Part shown: one piece after another, positions 1 through 12,678 of the stretch | Numbering within the stretch: position 1 is the stretch's first letter | How the letters are laid out: every line of letters starts with the position of its first letter | Origin: Pseudogymnoascus verrucosus | Lineage: Eukaryota | Strand: one strand, 5' to 3' | Assembly: GCA_001662655.1 (NCBI GenBank) | Contig: KV460207.1 | Length of the DNA: 64,000 nt | The notes under the pieces: model-generated | Seen by the model: the letters and a program-made list of their open reading frames with translations, nothing else | Told to the model about the DNA's origin: nothing | Database searches by the model: none | Made by a program: the position numbers and the translations under genes

Positions 1-539
1 TCGGCACCCTGGTCTCCGTTTTCCTTGCCCCTGGCATGTTCGTCCTCTTCACCTCCGCCTACCCCTGCATCATCCACCCCGACGACTATGACCACTGTCC
101 CTTCCAGGCTCCGTCCGTGGCTGCTTGGGCCGCTGTCGCCCAGGCCGTCACCGACCCCAGCATCGGCATCCCCATCAAGGCCGGCATCTTTGCCTGCGTT
201 ATGGGCGCCGTGTCGGTCATCCAGGTCATCTTCCGTCACTACTACCTCGTCGGTGAGCGTGAGAAGTACCGCGCCTATCTTCCCAACTGGGGTGCCATCG
301 CGCTCGCCTTCGTGTTGCCCGTTCCAGTCTTCACCAATGCGGCGCTCCTTGGTGCCATAATCGCTGCTGTCTGGCGCAAGTACCGCTATGCCAGCTGGGA
401 TATCTACGGATATGCTGTTGCGGCTGGTATGATTGCTGGAGAGGGTATGGGTGGTGTCGTTGGTGCCGCGCTGCAACTCGGAGGTGTTTCTGGGGATGTG
501 TACGGAACGAACATCGGATGCCCTATGCTCTCGTGTTAG
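1..539 (+). CDS. OPT-superfamily (YSL-like) oligopeptide transporter, 3' end (5' truncated by window)
   Basis: Frame is open from the window start (GTLVSVFLAPGMFVLF...). It has hydrophobic helices, a CPFQAPSVAAW motif and a C-terminal AVAAGMIAGEGMGG motif typical of OPT/YSL proteins. Confidence 0.8.
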   Translation, partial: GTLVSVFLAPGMFVLFTSAYPCIIHPDDYDHCPFQAPSVAAWAAVAQAVTDPSIGIPIKAGIFACVMGAVSVIQVIFRHYYLVGEREKYRAYLPNWGAIALAFVLPVPVFTNAALLGAIIAAVWRKYRYASWDIYGYAVAAGMIAGEGMGGVVGAALQLGGVSGDVYGTNIGCPMLSC

Positions 540-1408
540 TTGGAGGGCGAGGATGTATGTTGGAGGTATGGGGCTATATACTAAGTTCAGTGAGCTATGT
601 AGAACATTACTAGACTGACTGGTGCTGTTGAACGGCCGCTAATGACAATCGGTTGATGAAACTCCATGTATTTTCGTGATTCTTGTGAAATTGCTTCTAC
701 GATATCTCTATCCAAGCGTGATCCTTTCACCTTCCACGTCCTCAACTTCAACAGTATATCAGCTCTATATCCCTCACCAACTTCATAAAGTCGTCTCATA
801 ATTTGGCTGTAGATGAGGTCGTGTCAACCTTTTAAGGTTCTGAGAGGCGCTGAGTGACCCACCACGGGACTCGGGGTGTGGCGCTCTGTAATTCACTAGT
901 GACCGAACGTATCACTGGAACTAACCTTTCGTTTCCCTCGAGTTCCAGGCAAACGAACAGTGTTCGCGGAACCCGACGGCGTTCACGACCAGCAAAATTA
1001 GCAGGCACATTTACTAGTAAATTATATGCGAACTGACATAGAATACTACGAAATTTGAAAATAATTCCGGCACGCTACCAGAGCCTGTTCTTAACAATTA
1101 CAGAGAGCACAAATCAAATAATTATAAGCTATACTCTTAATATGAGTAGAAGAGTATATTTATTTATTATGAATCCTCTGAACTGAATATTATGAGGGCT
1201 TGTCATTGCAATATATTGGTTTAGATTTTACTTTTTAATTTTTATTATTGCTTTGTTATAAAAGCTGACCTTTACAAATTCTAGTTTTTTCTGCAACATC
1301 ATCCATTTTCTCTCGAAATATATAGAATGGGACAGAAAGTCTTCAATTTCGAAGATCGAATTTCGATCGCTATAGCGTAGGGGCTAGGTTACCCATTGTA
1401 GCACAGCT

Positions 1409-1685
1409 CTATTGAGCTTGAGCGTGGCCGTCGTATTTCGAGATGGCCAAATCAAGAGTATCGCCGAGAGATTTGGCCTCGCTCTCAAAGTCCTTCGCTC
1501 GAGACTGAATGTGTTGGATAAGTATGTTTGATATCGACTGTCCAAGGTTAGCTAATATGCCAATCAAAATGGTAAATTTAAGGAAACCCATATTGACAAC
1601 GTCTTTCACCTGGCCGAGAACGACAGCAACGGGCGGGCCGAGCAAGGGAACTTGTTCCACGATGCCCGCCTTGCCAATTACGACG
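1409..1685 (-). pseudogene. Remnant of a UVI-1-like small secreted protein gene
   Basis: IGKAGIVEQVPLLGPPVAVVLGQVKDVV...IQSRAKDFESEAKSLGDTLDLAISKYDG resembles the C-terminus of fungal UVI-1-like proteins. An internal intron keeps its GCTAAC branch and CAG acceptor, but the donor reads AT instead of GT. No N-terminal exon was found. Confidence 0.5.
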
Positions 1686-2213
1686 CACCATTCTCCTACG
1701 AGTACATTAGGTAGGGTCAAATGTCTTGCTAAGTGAAAATCAACCTATGCTCTCATTCTCTTCTGCCTAGTTTCGAGGTGTATGAAAAAGGAGCAGGAAT
1801 CCAATAGTCCAAATTTAGTGAGTTCGCCGTTGTGGCTAAGACTGAAGTGTTTGATAAGCATATGCAGCATCATGGATGGCCTATGGCGCTGGCGTACTGC
1901 CTTGCTGTGCCATAGAAACCCAATTAAGATTGAGTCTGTCTAATCCACAATATAGACTATTGACTTTCAATAAAAGAGGTTCGGGAAAGAGCCGAGGAGG
2001 CGGTGGTCTAGCCCACTAAGTTGCAGCATAGCCATACTCTGCCATCTGCCTCTGAGTATCTAACCTAAGACCCAGGATCCGTTGTGACCAGTCCGATCAT
2101 GAATGATCAGCAATGGGTTAGCCTAAACTAGGCTAGCTTTGTATTTGTATTTGGGCTATTGGTCCCTCCCGAATTTCTTTTTGCCCTCCTCCAGAGTCGA
2201 TTATAGGCTGATG

Positions 2214-2237
2214 CGGAAACGGAAACGGAAACGGAAA
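2214..2237 (+). repeat. (CGGAAA)4 microsatellite upstream of the amino acid permease
   Basis: cggaaacggaaacggaaacggaaa read directly. Confidence 0.85.
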
Positions 2238-2634
2238 AGGTCTAACAAGCCCGGTGCAGGTCGTACAGTGACTCCCAATGAAGCTAGTGGCCGAGACGCA
2301 TCAGAGGCGGCTGTGGCAGATTAATCTCGGTAACTATTCCAGGGACCAACCCTTCAGGCGGCAGGGGGCGGGATCGGGATCGGATGCGAAAGTGCCCAAT
2401 TGTGCATAATAGGAATGATTACAGCAACTATAATTGAAATGTACGATCTCAGTCGCTCAAAGATAAAACTTTATTTTAGTGACTCAGAGTATAAACGCGA
2501 GAAATTCTGCGGATCACGTGGTATGTTGAGAGTATCATCGACGTAAGCAATCACACCATACCCCCGCTCTGACTCTATTAAAAAAGTGTCTCTGTGCCCG
2601 TAGAGAAACAAACATAACATAACATATCCGAAAC

Positions 2635-4345
2635 ATGGCTCAGATACCCATTGACGATGGAGCTCAGCGGCCCCTCCTCAGCGAATATGATGAGACGACT
2701 TATAGTGCTGTAGCTGTTGAGCACAGCGGCACTTTCAGGCGCAACCTTGGCGCCCTTGAAGCATTTGCTATTGTGATCAGCATTGTTATTGGCAGTGGTG
2801 TGTTTACATCCACGGGATCGATCGATGCGAATGTGTCGTCCCCCGGTGTGGCCCTAGCGGTCTGGCTGGTTGGTGGGGTGTTGGCTTGGACAGGTGCAAG
2901 CACGCTGGCGGAGCTGGGGACTGCGATTCCGGGAGAAGGTGCGTTATGTGGTTTCTGAGACCTGTGAGGACTGAGGACTGACTCTGTCCGAAAGGTGGCG
3001 TGCAACCATATCTGCAGCGTGTGTTCGGCGACGTGGCAGGCTTCCTGGCTGCATGGACCTGGGTTGTTGCCGTGATGCCGGCGACGCTGGCGATCTTAAG
3101 TATAGTATTTGTGGAGAGCATTTTCACGGCGGCGGGAGTGACAGACCAGGCAGGGCGGTGGGAGCATAAGCTCCTGTCTGTGCTGGTGCTTGTGGCCATT
3201 AACGGAGCGAACTCGATCAGCACGAGGGCAAGCACACGGCTGAACAACTTTTTCGTAGTGACGAAGTTTGTGAGTATAGCTGGGGTCGTACTGGCCGGCG
3301 CAGTGGTTGTTGTTCTAGGGGCCGCGGATCCGGAGAAGGACGTGGGGGGGAGGGATTGGGCTACGAAGCCGTGGTTCAGATTTCGTGATAGCATCGCCCC
3401 CGATGGGAGTACGATTCACTGGGGCGAGCTAAGCACCTGGGAGACGCTGGGCCACTATTCTACCGCACTTTATGGAGCGCTGTGGGCATATTCAGGGTGG
3501 GATAAGGCAAGTTGTAACTCCTCTAAGCCGAAAGAAAATAACACTCATATCCATAGGCAAATTATATCACGGCTGAACTCTCATCACCAGCCCGGCAGCT
3601 CCCTCTGGCAATCAATACCGCCATCCCAGTCATAATTGCCTGCTTCATTGCTACAAACACAGCATACTATATCCTCCTCCCATGGGATATCATTGCGACA
3701 ACTGACAGCGTGGCTGTGGTATGTCTCATATCCCCCGAATTATTGAACTAGTAGTGGCTGACACTGAACCCCAAGACTGCCATCACCATACTCCTCGGAC
3801 CCTGGTTCGGCATCGTAGCCGCAACCTTAATATGTCTAGTTGTGGCTGGCTCCTTGCTTGGAAACTCCTTCGTAGCTAGCCGCATGGCTGTTGCGGCTGC
3901 GAACAAGAACTGGCTACCCCAGCCTCTCGCTCTCGTTGGCCGCATAGGCGCTACGCACCTCAGAGGCACCCGGCCAGACTCTTCGAAGCCGTCTACATCC
4001 GACGCCCCGATCAATGCCTTGCTACTATCTACAGTACTATCTACGCTGCATATCCTTCTAGGCGACTTCCGCTCGCTCATCACACTCAACGGAATTGGCG
4101 AGTTCTCATTCTTCTTCCTTACGGTCGTGGCCGCGATAATTTTGAGATTTCGTGAGCCGGACCTACATAGACCGTATAAGACTTTCTTAATAGTGCCGGT
4201 GACGTTTGCGATGGTGAGCGGGCTGGTTGTTATCAGGGGGGCGGCGTTTGCTCCTGTGCAAGCAGCGGTCTTGATTGGGGTTTGGGTCGTAGGCGTGGTA
4301 TTTTACTGGGCGAGGAAGGCATGGGCAAGGGCTGTAGAGGAGTAA
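2635..4345 (+). CDS. APC-superfamily (LAT-type) amino acid permease
   Basis: Exons 2635-2938, 2995-3506, 3557-3718 and 3776-4345. Motifs IGSGVF, ELGTAIPGEGG, WAYSGWDKANY and EPDLHRPY. Intron 2 (3507-3556) is GC-AG. Confidence 0.9.
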
Positions 4346-4669
4346 GAAGGATTCATAAATATGAGCGAGAACAAGTAACAAAAGAGGAGCATCAGATTTG
4401 CATTTAAAGCTGGGAACGATAAGTGGCACAATCATCCGCGTCGTATTCTTGAATGGGTACTGGTGCTGCCCAAAGGTCCGAAGAGGGGCTGTACATAACA
4501 ACAGCGATTGTAGAATCTAGAATTTAACTAAAGGCATTCAGTCACTGACGGTTGCAACCAGTAAGGAAGTTACTAACAAATGAAACTGAGATGATAATCT
4601 CTATGGGGTTAAATTGCTCAAAATCTATCTAGCCCCCTTTCAGACTTTTGGGCGACAGGAGTCGTCACA

Positions 4670-6513
4670 TCATGCTCTACACATTCTCCCATCTGCAGCC
4701 ACATTCCAATGATCGCTCCCCACACTTTTGATGGCATAGAACAAATAATCTCCGTCCCACTTATCCTTGATTTTTAACAACTTCGGGTAGTTGCTCCCAA
4801 AGAATGCTTCTTTGTAATCGGGCTGTCTGAAGTCTGCCTCGTTCATGTATGCTCCACTTCCGGGCGTCACGGCCTCGATTTGTGGCTGGATAGAGTCGGT
4901 CATCTTATCTTGTAATGCAATCATGCCTGCCCATGGAGCAGTGAAGTTCCACGGAGTGGTTATGGTAGCGTGGATGAGGGTATCCCTCCAGGCGGGGAGG
5001 ACAGAATTTGAGACCATCTCCGCCGGAGCGGATACATCAGTGCCAACTCCAATGAAGAGGACGCCGTCTTGCGTAATGTTACGGGCCATTTTCATAAATG
5101 CGGCATTATTGTTTTGAATGGTTGCGCGTGGGATTAGTCGGCCCCCATATTGAGCGATGCCGACCTTAATATTTCCATACGGCAACGGGCCGAAGTAGGT
5201 ATTGTAGTGATCGGTGTAAGTCGCTGATTGCGAATAGGAAACATTGTATGGAATCTGGAGTTCGTCTAGCGCTTCTACAAAGTCGCTCAGGACCGATTTA
5301 ACTTCCGTGGAGGTTTTGTTGTATGCAGTAAGTGGCCCGATCTGAAAGAACGTGTCATCGAAGAAGTAGACTATCATCGAACCAGAGTCTACCATGGCTG
5401 GGAGTAGGGAGTGGAACTTTTCAACTCCAGCGTAGAAGTTATCCGCGGTCGTCGACGAGGATTGAAAAATGAGTGTCGCGCCACCGACGATAGCATCGGG
5501 GTATGCCTTCGCAGTCATAGACACCACAATTCCATAGGTTCCTCCGCCGCCTCCACTCAACGCCCAATAAAGATCGCTGTTCTGTGTGCGAGAGGCCGTT
5601 ACAAGATGCCCTTTAGATGTGACCACCTCGAAAGACAGAGTTTGATCAGCACCAAGACCGAATGAGGTGCTCAATGCAGAATGGCCACCACCTTGTGTGT
5701 AGCCACCTGCGACTCCAACTGTCGGGCATTCACCCCCTATGGAAACTAGACCTTCAGCCTTTGCAGCTGCCATAGCTTCAAAGCCCTGGACGCCAGCGCC
5801 CATCTTGATCGCCTTGCCATCATAGTACGAATCCTTCCAATCTAGAACTTGGGTGGACTTGAGATGATGCGTCCAGACCGCTAACGCTCCAGCACCGATT
5901 GACTTTCCACTGTAACTGATTTGCGGAGTTAGTCGTAATTTCACATTAGGGGGCCGAGAAAAATTGAACATACTCGTGTCCTGTGTTTCGAATAACAAGG
6001 CGGATGTTGTGTTCTTGTGCGAAGTTCACAGCTTCTATGATATCGTCGGCGGATGTGGCATTGACGCTGTAGCTCACATAATTTCCAAGGGTACACGGTC
6101 GCAATGTCGGTGTCCATGGATCACAACTCTGGTTGGCAAAAAAAGGTGCCATAACAGAAGATGAGGACTCCATACTTGAAATCGAGTTTAGCATTATCTC
6201 GGCCCATGATGCAATATACTGTAACCTACTGTAGCTGTGCATCTGTCCACGCGGTTTGCAAGGATGCGCATTTTGCAGCGTCATAGGCAGGATCGTGGCA
6301 CACAGAGCCTAATGGATAAGTCTTGATCAAACGGCCACCAACACTCGAATTGAGATTTTTCCATTGGGAAACAGTCGGCCAACTATCGTCACCTGGCAGG
6401 GAGCGACACCAAACCTTAAGAACAGTAGGGAAAGCAGGGAAATCGGCAATGGCGGGGAGTGGTGCCAATGTCAATACGAAGGCACCAGCGCCCACGAGAT
6501 TGAAAACCTTCAT
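4670..6513 (-). CDS. Secreted FAD-linked oxidoreductase (berberine-bridge-enzyme-like / isoamyl alcohol oxidase family)
   Basis: Signal peptide MKVFNLVGAGAFVLTLAPL and two introns. Motifs RNTGHDYSGKS (covalent-FAD His), GECPTVGVAGGYTQGGGHS, and a BBE C-terminus GAYMNEAD...FFGSNYPKLLKIKDKWD. Confidence 0.9.
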
Positions 6514-6744
6514 TGTAACTCAGTCAGTTTCTAGTGTCAATCCATCCCAGAACCGGAGGGTTGCGATGGTATAATATATACTTATATAGCCATGCTGACT
6601 GTGTCATGTACTCCACTCTCGTGCGTGCTCCTTTGGCCGATCTTGTACGGCAATCCGCTCGGTAGAGACAAGTTATGCTCCACAGCTTAACACCCAACGT
6701 CGCCGAGATGTTACCACCCGTTATTAACTCTACCATCTCCACAT

Positions 6745-7015
6745 GCTAAAATTACCCCAAAATAGGAAACAGACGAGAAAGAAAGATGAAAGAAGCAAAA
6801 TTAACACTAGGCGTTACGTCGCCTCACCCAATCACCCCCGCTTTTCTTGCTCACCCCTTGCTGTTTTGCCTCAAGATCATCGTCAAATCGATAAGGGCCA
6901 AAATCCTACGTTAAATCTATTGGCACAATGGAGATAAAAAAAACAATTGAATACCGTGCTTGTGTATGGTTAACCTGGTGGGATGTCCAATTCTTTCGAG
7001 TCTATGGCATGTATT
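6745..7015 (-). repeat. Composite repeat copy B: degenerate 5S rRNA 5' half (about 6958-7015) fused to foreign body (6745-6957)
   Basis: 6958-7007 matches 59202-59251 at 40/50 nt without gaps. Body motifs cgcctcacc, tgctcaccccttgc, aagggcc and ctattggcacaatggaga match 48421-48620. Confidence 0.8.
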
Positions 7016-7125
7016 ATCATTCTCACATAGCAGAATATATACACCATTGCACCCACCACATTTATAGCCATGAAAGATCTGGGCGGTCTAGTGGTTCAGA
7101 GATTGACAATTAACGCTGCATTGCC

Positions 7126-8363
7126 TCAGACATCATTAAACATCAGCATGGGCGGTATAGGCATATCGCAAACTGCCCAGGTCCACGCTGCACTGGGAAG
7201 GTATTGCAAGGCAACCATTACCTCCATACCATAGGCGGCTGCCCCGAATACCTTTGGATCACATTCTTTTGCCTTTTCAATCTCATCGGGTGTACAAAGA
7301 GCGAGGAAGTGTTCTCGTTTAGGGCCGATTGGGAATGCGCTACTTCCATAGTTATTTATTGAAACGAGAAGAATGGTGGCAATTCTGCGACTTACAATGC
7401 ATTTCCAAGGATGCCGTGGCAGAGATTCGGTTCCTTCTTGAGGAGACCTCGACTCCATGTCGTTTCCCGTCCCCGTGCAATAGCCTGGTCGATGCGGCCA
7501 TGAAGTTCTGGGTAGAAGGGGCGCAGCGTCTGCAAAGCACAAACAAACCCGGGGGCTCCATGACAGTATTGCACTCGCTCCCACCCTTTCTCGGTTTCCA
7601 TCGTATCTCTACTGGACGGCCAATTACCATCTGGTCCCTGGAGACTCAACAGTTCCTCGACCTTCGCAGACAGCTTGGGTGCGAGTGACGGAAGAGTGAG
7701 TACTAGCTGAGTGATGATGCCGATATCGCCGTGAGGGGGACCGTAGCGCCTGTCTCCGTTCCACTCCCAGTTGCCCTTGCCATCGCTATCCGTGTCCATG
7801 ATTTTCCCTGCGAGTTTGGCTATCGGCTCCTCAAGGCTCGACGCACTGGCGGGCACCCAGTGACGCAACATCCGTAGTAGATACAAAGCGCCTGTCCTAC
7901 CATATAGAAGCTCGGTCTCGTAGGGGTCGCCTTGGTCCGTGGGGTAGGGCCCAAGCACCGCTGGCATGTCAGAAAGGAAAGCGAGTACATCGCCATGCTC
8001 TTTAGAGAGACAGGCCCACAGAGCCTGAAAGCAGAGTCTTTCGTTTAACAGGCCGCAACCCTGCTCCTTATTGACGATAAAACATTCGATCCCGGTCCTT
8101 TTGCCCTCCATATACCGCTTTGCCCAATAGATCAGATCATGGCCGAGAATCTCTAAGCCTGGGCGAAGAGCCGAGATCTGAAAGAAAAGAAAAGCAAGAC
8201 CCGTATAGCCCATGAAGAAGCCACTGGCTTGCTCTTCGTTATAGCTCTCCTTTGGGGGAAGTGTCTGTAGAATCTGTTCTAAGCACGACTGTAGAAGCTC
8301 CGAAGGTGGTGATCGCAGAGCTTGCGTTGGGATATCGTTTGAGATATACAGTATCTCTTCCAT
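7126..8363 (-). CDS. Lanthionine synthetase C-like protein (LanCL)
   Basis: Motifs ELLYGRTG, YGPPHGDIG, VQYCHGAPG and NLCHGILGN (Zn ligands Cys, Cys, His). One intron (gtaagt...tag) near 7340-7395 joins to AFPIGPKREHFL. Confidence 0.85.
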
Positions 8364-8456
8364 GGCAAATAGCTATCGCAGATTTTGACCTGTATCTTTT
8401 TAATTAGCTAAATTACAATATGTAGATAATTAGTCCCTAATCCCCAAACTTGACAT

Positions 8457-8690
8457 TGGAAAACCCCAAGCAAGTGCGACTACGAAACTGACACGAAATG
8501 TTGCTGCCTTCTCACCCCGCTTACCCCACCCTAGTCAGGAAGGTGCTTACCCCTCAGGCGCCTGGAGAGGGGGGATCCCAATTCCACGCTATACCTATTG
8601 GAACTATCGAGAGTAAAACCAAGTAATTACTCCCAGGCTTCTTGCTGAAAGGGTAGGACTCCCAGCCACCATAGTCTACGGTCGCATATG
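8457..8690 (-). repeat. Composite repeat copy C: foreign body plus very degenerate 5S 5' half
   Basis: cgaaactgacacgaaatgttgct, ctcaccccgc and attccacgctatacctattgg match 48460-48609. The junction cccaggctt (8632-8640) and agtctacggtcgcatatg (8673-8690) echo cccaagctt and agtctatggtcgtatgtg at 59197-59260. Confidence 0.7.
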
Positions 8691-9123
8691 ACAGTTGCTC
8701 TCATATCGGGGCACGCTGTTGACCATGAAGATAAAAGCAAGAATTGTCGTAAACTGTGAATCCTACTGAAGGAGTTGTTGTAGCCTTGCTAACAAAAGAG
8801 GTGGATTGTATTCGGTTCAGCAGCATTTGTCACAGTTGATAACGATCATACATCAAAAAAAAAAATAGTGCAGCTAAATAACCAAGCAGTTTTGGCATAG
8901 TATTATATTGTCGCTTTATTTACAACGCCTACCTTGACATATAACATGCCCAAATTTAACGCCGCATAACCCCCCATCAATCTGAAGACGATGATGGACC
9001 TGCCTTTTGCATCGTACAGCCAGCTAGGCTCAGAATGGCGGCTTGGGGTTTCAATTCATTTCCTATCGGGCGTGCCCTTCCTTGCTTTATTCAAGGAGTA
9101 ATCGCAATCCAGACACTGAGGAC

Positions 9124-10878
9124 TTAGATGTAAAGGCTCTTGATGTTCTTAACGATGAAGTCGTAGGTCTTGCTGCGGAAGTCATCCTTGATGAGCTGAC
9201 TGTAGGTCGCGTAAGTGTTCAGGAGCTGGTTGCCGTCCTTCCACTGCGGCCACTTGCGGTACTTGGGGTCGGTGCCATTGTTCGGGTCCATGGTAGCCAC
9301 GAAGGAGAGGTAGTAGGCGCGGAACGATGCGGCGGCGTAGTTGGGGTAGATGCCGAAGAAGACTTGGATCAGATCGCTGCCATGGAAGGTACCCATGACC
9401 GGGGTGCCGTAGTCGTAGCTGGATAGATAAGACCACGATGGCACATCAGGCGCGATAGTGCTAGTACCAAGGAGCATGACACGGCGGGAGAGTGTGAATG
9501 TAAGGTCACCGAGGATGGCGGCCAGGCGCTTAAATTCGGGGTACCAGTTGTTGAAGATACCGGTGCGGAAGGGGGAACCGTCTAGCAAGCCGATGGGGTA
9601 TGTTTGGACGAGCTCTGACATCTGAGCTGCGGTGGAGTGGTGGAAGAAGACCGTCGTAAGGTGCTTAACCAAGTCCGCGGGGGTCTTAATGTAGCTGGTG
9701 AACAGGGCGAACAGAGTGCCTTCGTCTTCTTGATCGCCGACGATGAAGGGGACCTTCGCGTATTTGCCGTTCAGAACAAGGACATCAGGGGACTGGGTCA
9801 GGAAGACGCCGTCGGGGCGAGGAAGGTATGATAGCGCCACGGAAGTGTGTGACAGTAAGCCCGGCACAGAGTTCGCTGCATTGAGGTATGTTTGGTATGG
9901 AACACTGCGGAGGCAGGCGAGGGTATCCGCCTTGCCCTTGCAGCCAGCAGCTTCAACAACAGTGTCGTAGACGACCTGACCCTTGGGGCAGTCGACGGGA
10001 TCGGCGGGGACGACTGAACCAGAGTTCATAATGCCAGCGCGGAAAAGGGGCTTTCCCTTGTAGGTGTGGTCACCATCATTGATGACCATCTGGTCGAAAA
10101 CCGAGATGGCGCCGGCAGACTCACCCCAGATGGTCACCTTGTCGGGGTCACCTCCAAAGGAAGCAATGTTGTCGGCAACCCATTGGAGCCCCAAACGCTG
10201 GTCCTTCAGGCCGAGATTAGAGGATCCGTCTTTAAGAATCTCAGCACCTGGCAGGAATCCGAATCCTCCGATACGGTAGTTGACAGTGACGAAAATCATA
10301 GGCTTGCCCTGCTCAATAGAGGACTTGACCCATGGGGATCCATCGTACATGGTGTTCCAGCCAAGCTCGAAGCCGCCACCGAACATCCAAAAGAGCACCG
10401 GGAGTTTCGCATTGGCGGCGACGCCAGCTGGACGGTGCACGTTCAGATAGAGGCAGTCTTCGCTCTGTTGTGTAATCTTCTGGACGAAGGGCGAGTTGAG
10501 AATTTGGCCGATGACTGAGGTGGGGATGGAATCATCGAGGGCGTCTGAGAAGAAAAACTGTGGGCAGGCGGCCTGGTTCTTCGTTGCCTGGTAAGTTCCG
10601 AGGGGTTCGGTAAGAGGTTGCGGGGACTTCAAGCGCAAGTCGCCGACAGGAGGTTTGGCGAACGGGATTCCAGGGAATTGCTCAACATCTGCACCTCCGA
10701 GGCCAACGATTGTAGCCTGCGGAAATGGGATGACGACTGTTGGGGTTGCATATCTTGCCTGGAGCTCCGGTGCAGGTTCAACACGAGCACCCAGCATCGG
10801 AGGAGCGGGACCCTGAGGCATATCCTCGACGGGCAAGGCCAATGCCAAAGGCAATGCGAGAAGGGAGAGGAACTTCAT
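9124..10878 (-). CDS. Secreted type-B carboxylesterase / Candida rugosa-type lipase
   Basis: Intronless 584-aa ORF with signal peptide, SEDCLYLNV, FGGGF oxyanion motif, WGESAG nucleophile, GDQEDEG and FHGSD. Confidence 0.92.
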   Translation of the reverse strand: MKFLSLLALPLALALPVEDMPQGPAPPMLGARVEPAPELQARYATPTVVIPFPQATIVGLGGADVEQFPGIPFAKPPVGDLRLKSPQPLTEPLGTYQATKNQAACPQFFFSDALDDSIPTSVIGQILNSPFVQKITQQSEDCLYLNVHRPAGVAANAKLPVLFWMFGGGFELGWNTMYDGSPWVKSSIEQGKPMIFVTVNYRIGGFGFLPGAEILKDGSSNLGLKDQRLGLQWVADNIASFGGDPDKVTIWGESAGAISVFDQMVINDGDHTYKGKPLFRAGIMNSGSVVPADPVDCPKGQVVYDTVVEAAGCKGKADTLACLRSVPYQTYLNAANSVPGLLSHTSVALSYLPRPDGVFLTQSPDVLVLNGKYAKVPFIVGDQEDEGTLFALFTSYIKTPADLVKHLTTVFFHHSTAAQMSELVQTYPIGLLDGSPFRTGIFNNWYPEFKRLAAILGDLTFTLSRRVMLLGTSTIAPDVPSWSYLSSYDYGTPVMGTFHGSDLIQVFFGIYPNYAAASFRAYYLSFVATMDPNNGTDPKYRKWPQWKDGNQLLNTYATYSQLIKDDFRSKTYDFIVKNIKSLYI

Positions 10879-11377
10879 ATTGACGGTGACGATGAATTTA
10901 GTTGCAGCGAATTCTCGTTGTCCATGATTCCACCCGGATTGATGGGACTATATATGCTTCCCCATAATCAGACCCTCGGGTTTCCCCCGCTTCCCCGAAG
11001 ATATTGTCAGCTGCCCCAACTCAAGTTCTCCATATCATGGCGATCCGGAAACTCGAGAGCTTCCTCTTTCCAATGTTCATGCTGCGATGTTAGCTTACGA
11101 GTGGGAACGAAAAACGCGGGGCGGTCAGCCGAACACACGCACACCATTGGCCGCGTGATCTCGAAGAATGGCACTTCATCGGTGGATACGGATTAGTGTC
11201 TCAGCATGCGTCGATGTAGTCAGGGCTGGTGTCGACGGAAAATTCGATCAGCATTGTTAAAATTCGGCTTAAAATGAAAATAAAATGCAGCTGTCTGACA
11301 TGTGAAGGTTGGCAACATTGGCAATAAAGTTTTAGGCGGTACCGGCGCTCCATTGAGCCGCTCCCACGAAATACTAA

Positions 11378-11418
11378 GCATTTGCAGGCATTTGCAGGCA
11401 TTTGCAGGCACTTGAAGG
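11378..11418 (+). repeat. 10-bp tandem repeat (GCATTTGCAG)x~4
   Basis: gcatttgcaggcatttgcaggcatttgcaggcacttgaagg read directly. Confidence 0.85.
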
Positions 11419-12678
11419 GATTTTGCAGGGTGGTATGGGACATGTGCGCGGCAATCGTTGATCGTGGTCATTGTGCAGCATAGTAGCATGGTGTTGTTAT
11501 GGCATTATTGGTATTTGTTGAGGTATTGCTGGAGTATTACTGGTGTAGCTGGCACGTGTGGAGTATGAAGCTCACGTATTCAGCGTGGGAGTCGAATGAT
11601 TAACCGGATCTGGAAATACGTGCGAGTCCAAAACCAGACCCCCCACGAAATATTCCCCGCAATTCGTGTAGTAACCCCTGTCATATAGCAAGGGTTCCCC
11701 TGTTCCCCCATGGGGAAAGAAGCGAACCAGCGAACCACAATGCCGGAATGCACGGCCATTGCTACTGTACACGGCATGGATCGGTTTGTTTATGCCAACC
11801 AATCCCAACATAACTCTACTAAACACTACTAGAGACCTTAGGCATCACTATACTCCCCGCTATATATATCGTTTTGTACGCTATACACGCTATCTAGTTC
11901 CCATGGGGTAACGAGACACCACACAGCAAAAAAACCTTAAGATTACTCAAGTGTAATGCGGGGAACACATGCCAATCAGCCAAACCTCGGTTATCCGGCT
12001 CAGGAACGGGGCGGAAGATCAGACACCACAGAATCTTCTACGTCCGACAAATAGAGCTTGCCTTATGAATGCGGGGAGGCTGAGGAAGGCTGACGGTACT
12101 GGGTAATGCCTGTCAAAGGTTGATCCACTCAAGGTTTCCCCACGATCCAGCGCGTGGAGGTGGAGAAAACCCTCAGACACCCCACGGAGAAGTACATATG
12201 TTCATCTGACAAGGAGAGCGGCAATGCTCCGCAGAATTATCAAGAAGTAATGTGATACTACGTGGTACTCTTGAAGCCCAAAAGTCTGAAGAGGGGCTGT
12301 GTTTAAGAGCAGTGATTATAGCAACTATAATTAACATATAGGCATTCAATCACTCGGAGCTGCAATAAATTAACAAGTCACTCATAAAATAGCAGTAAAA
12401 ATATAAGTTAAATAGGCTTAAAGGGCTAGTATCAATCCTCAGTAAAAGCCAGCTCCTCCTCAAACTCTTTGGGGAGTACGAGTAGTCCCTTCAAATTACT
12501 AGGGTTTGGAGGTCGAGATATAGTAGTATTCTCGTCATTCATGTGATACTGAGACGGAACATCTAAGACCGCCTCAACATTACCTACAGAACTAGTCTAA
12601 TGGTGCACCGCTATCAACACAGAGAGGGGTTCTTGACGTTGTAACCGACCCATTGTGCAACCGATGTCGCAACTAGCT

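Noticed and set aside
877..1111. Possible MITE or structured ncRNA bounded by ctctgtaatt/aattacagag
   Set aside because: Only a 10-bp perfect inverted match, with no TSD and no recognisable RNA family motif.
4670..10878. Lanthipeptide/RiPP cluster around the LanC-like gene
   Set aside because: No precursor peptide, dehydratase or kinase-lyase is nearby, and stand-alone LanCL genes are ordinary in fungi.
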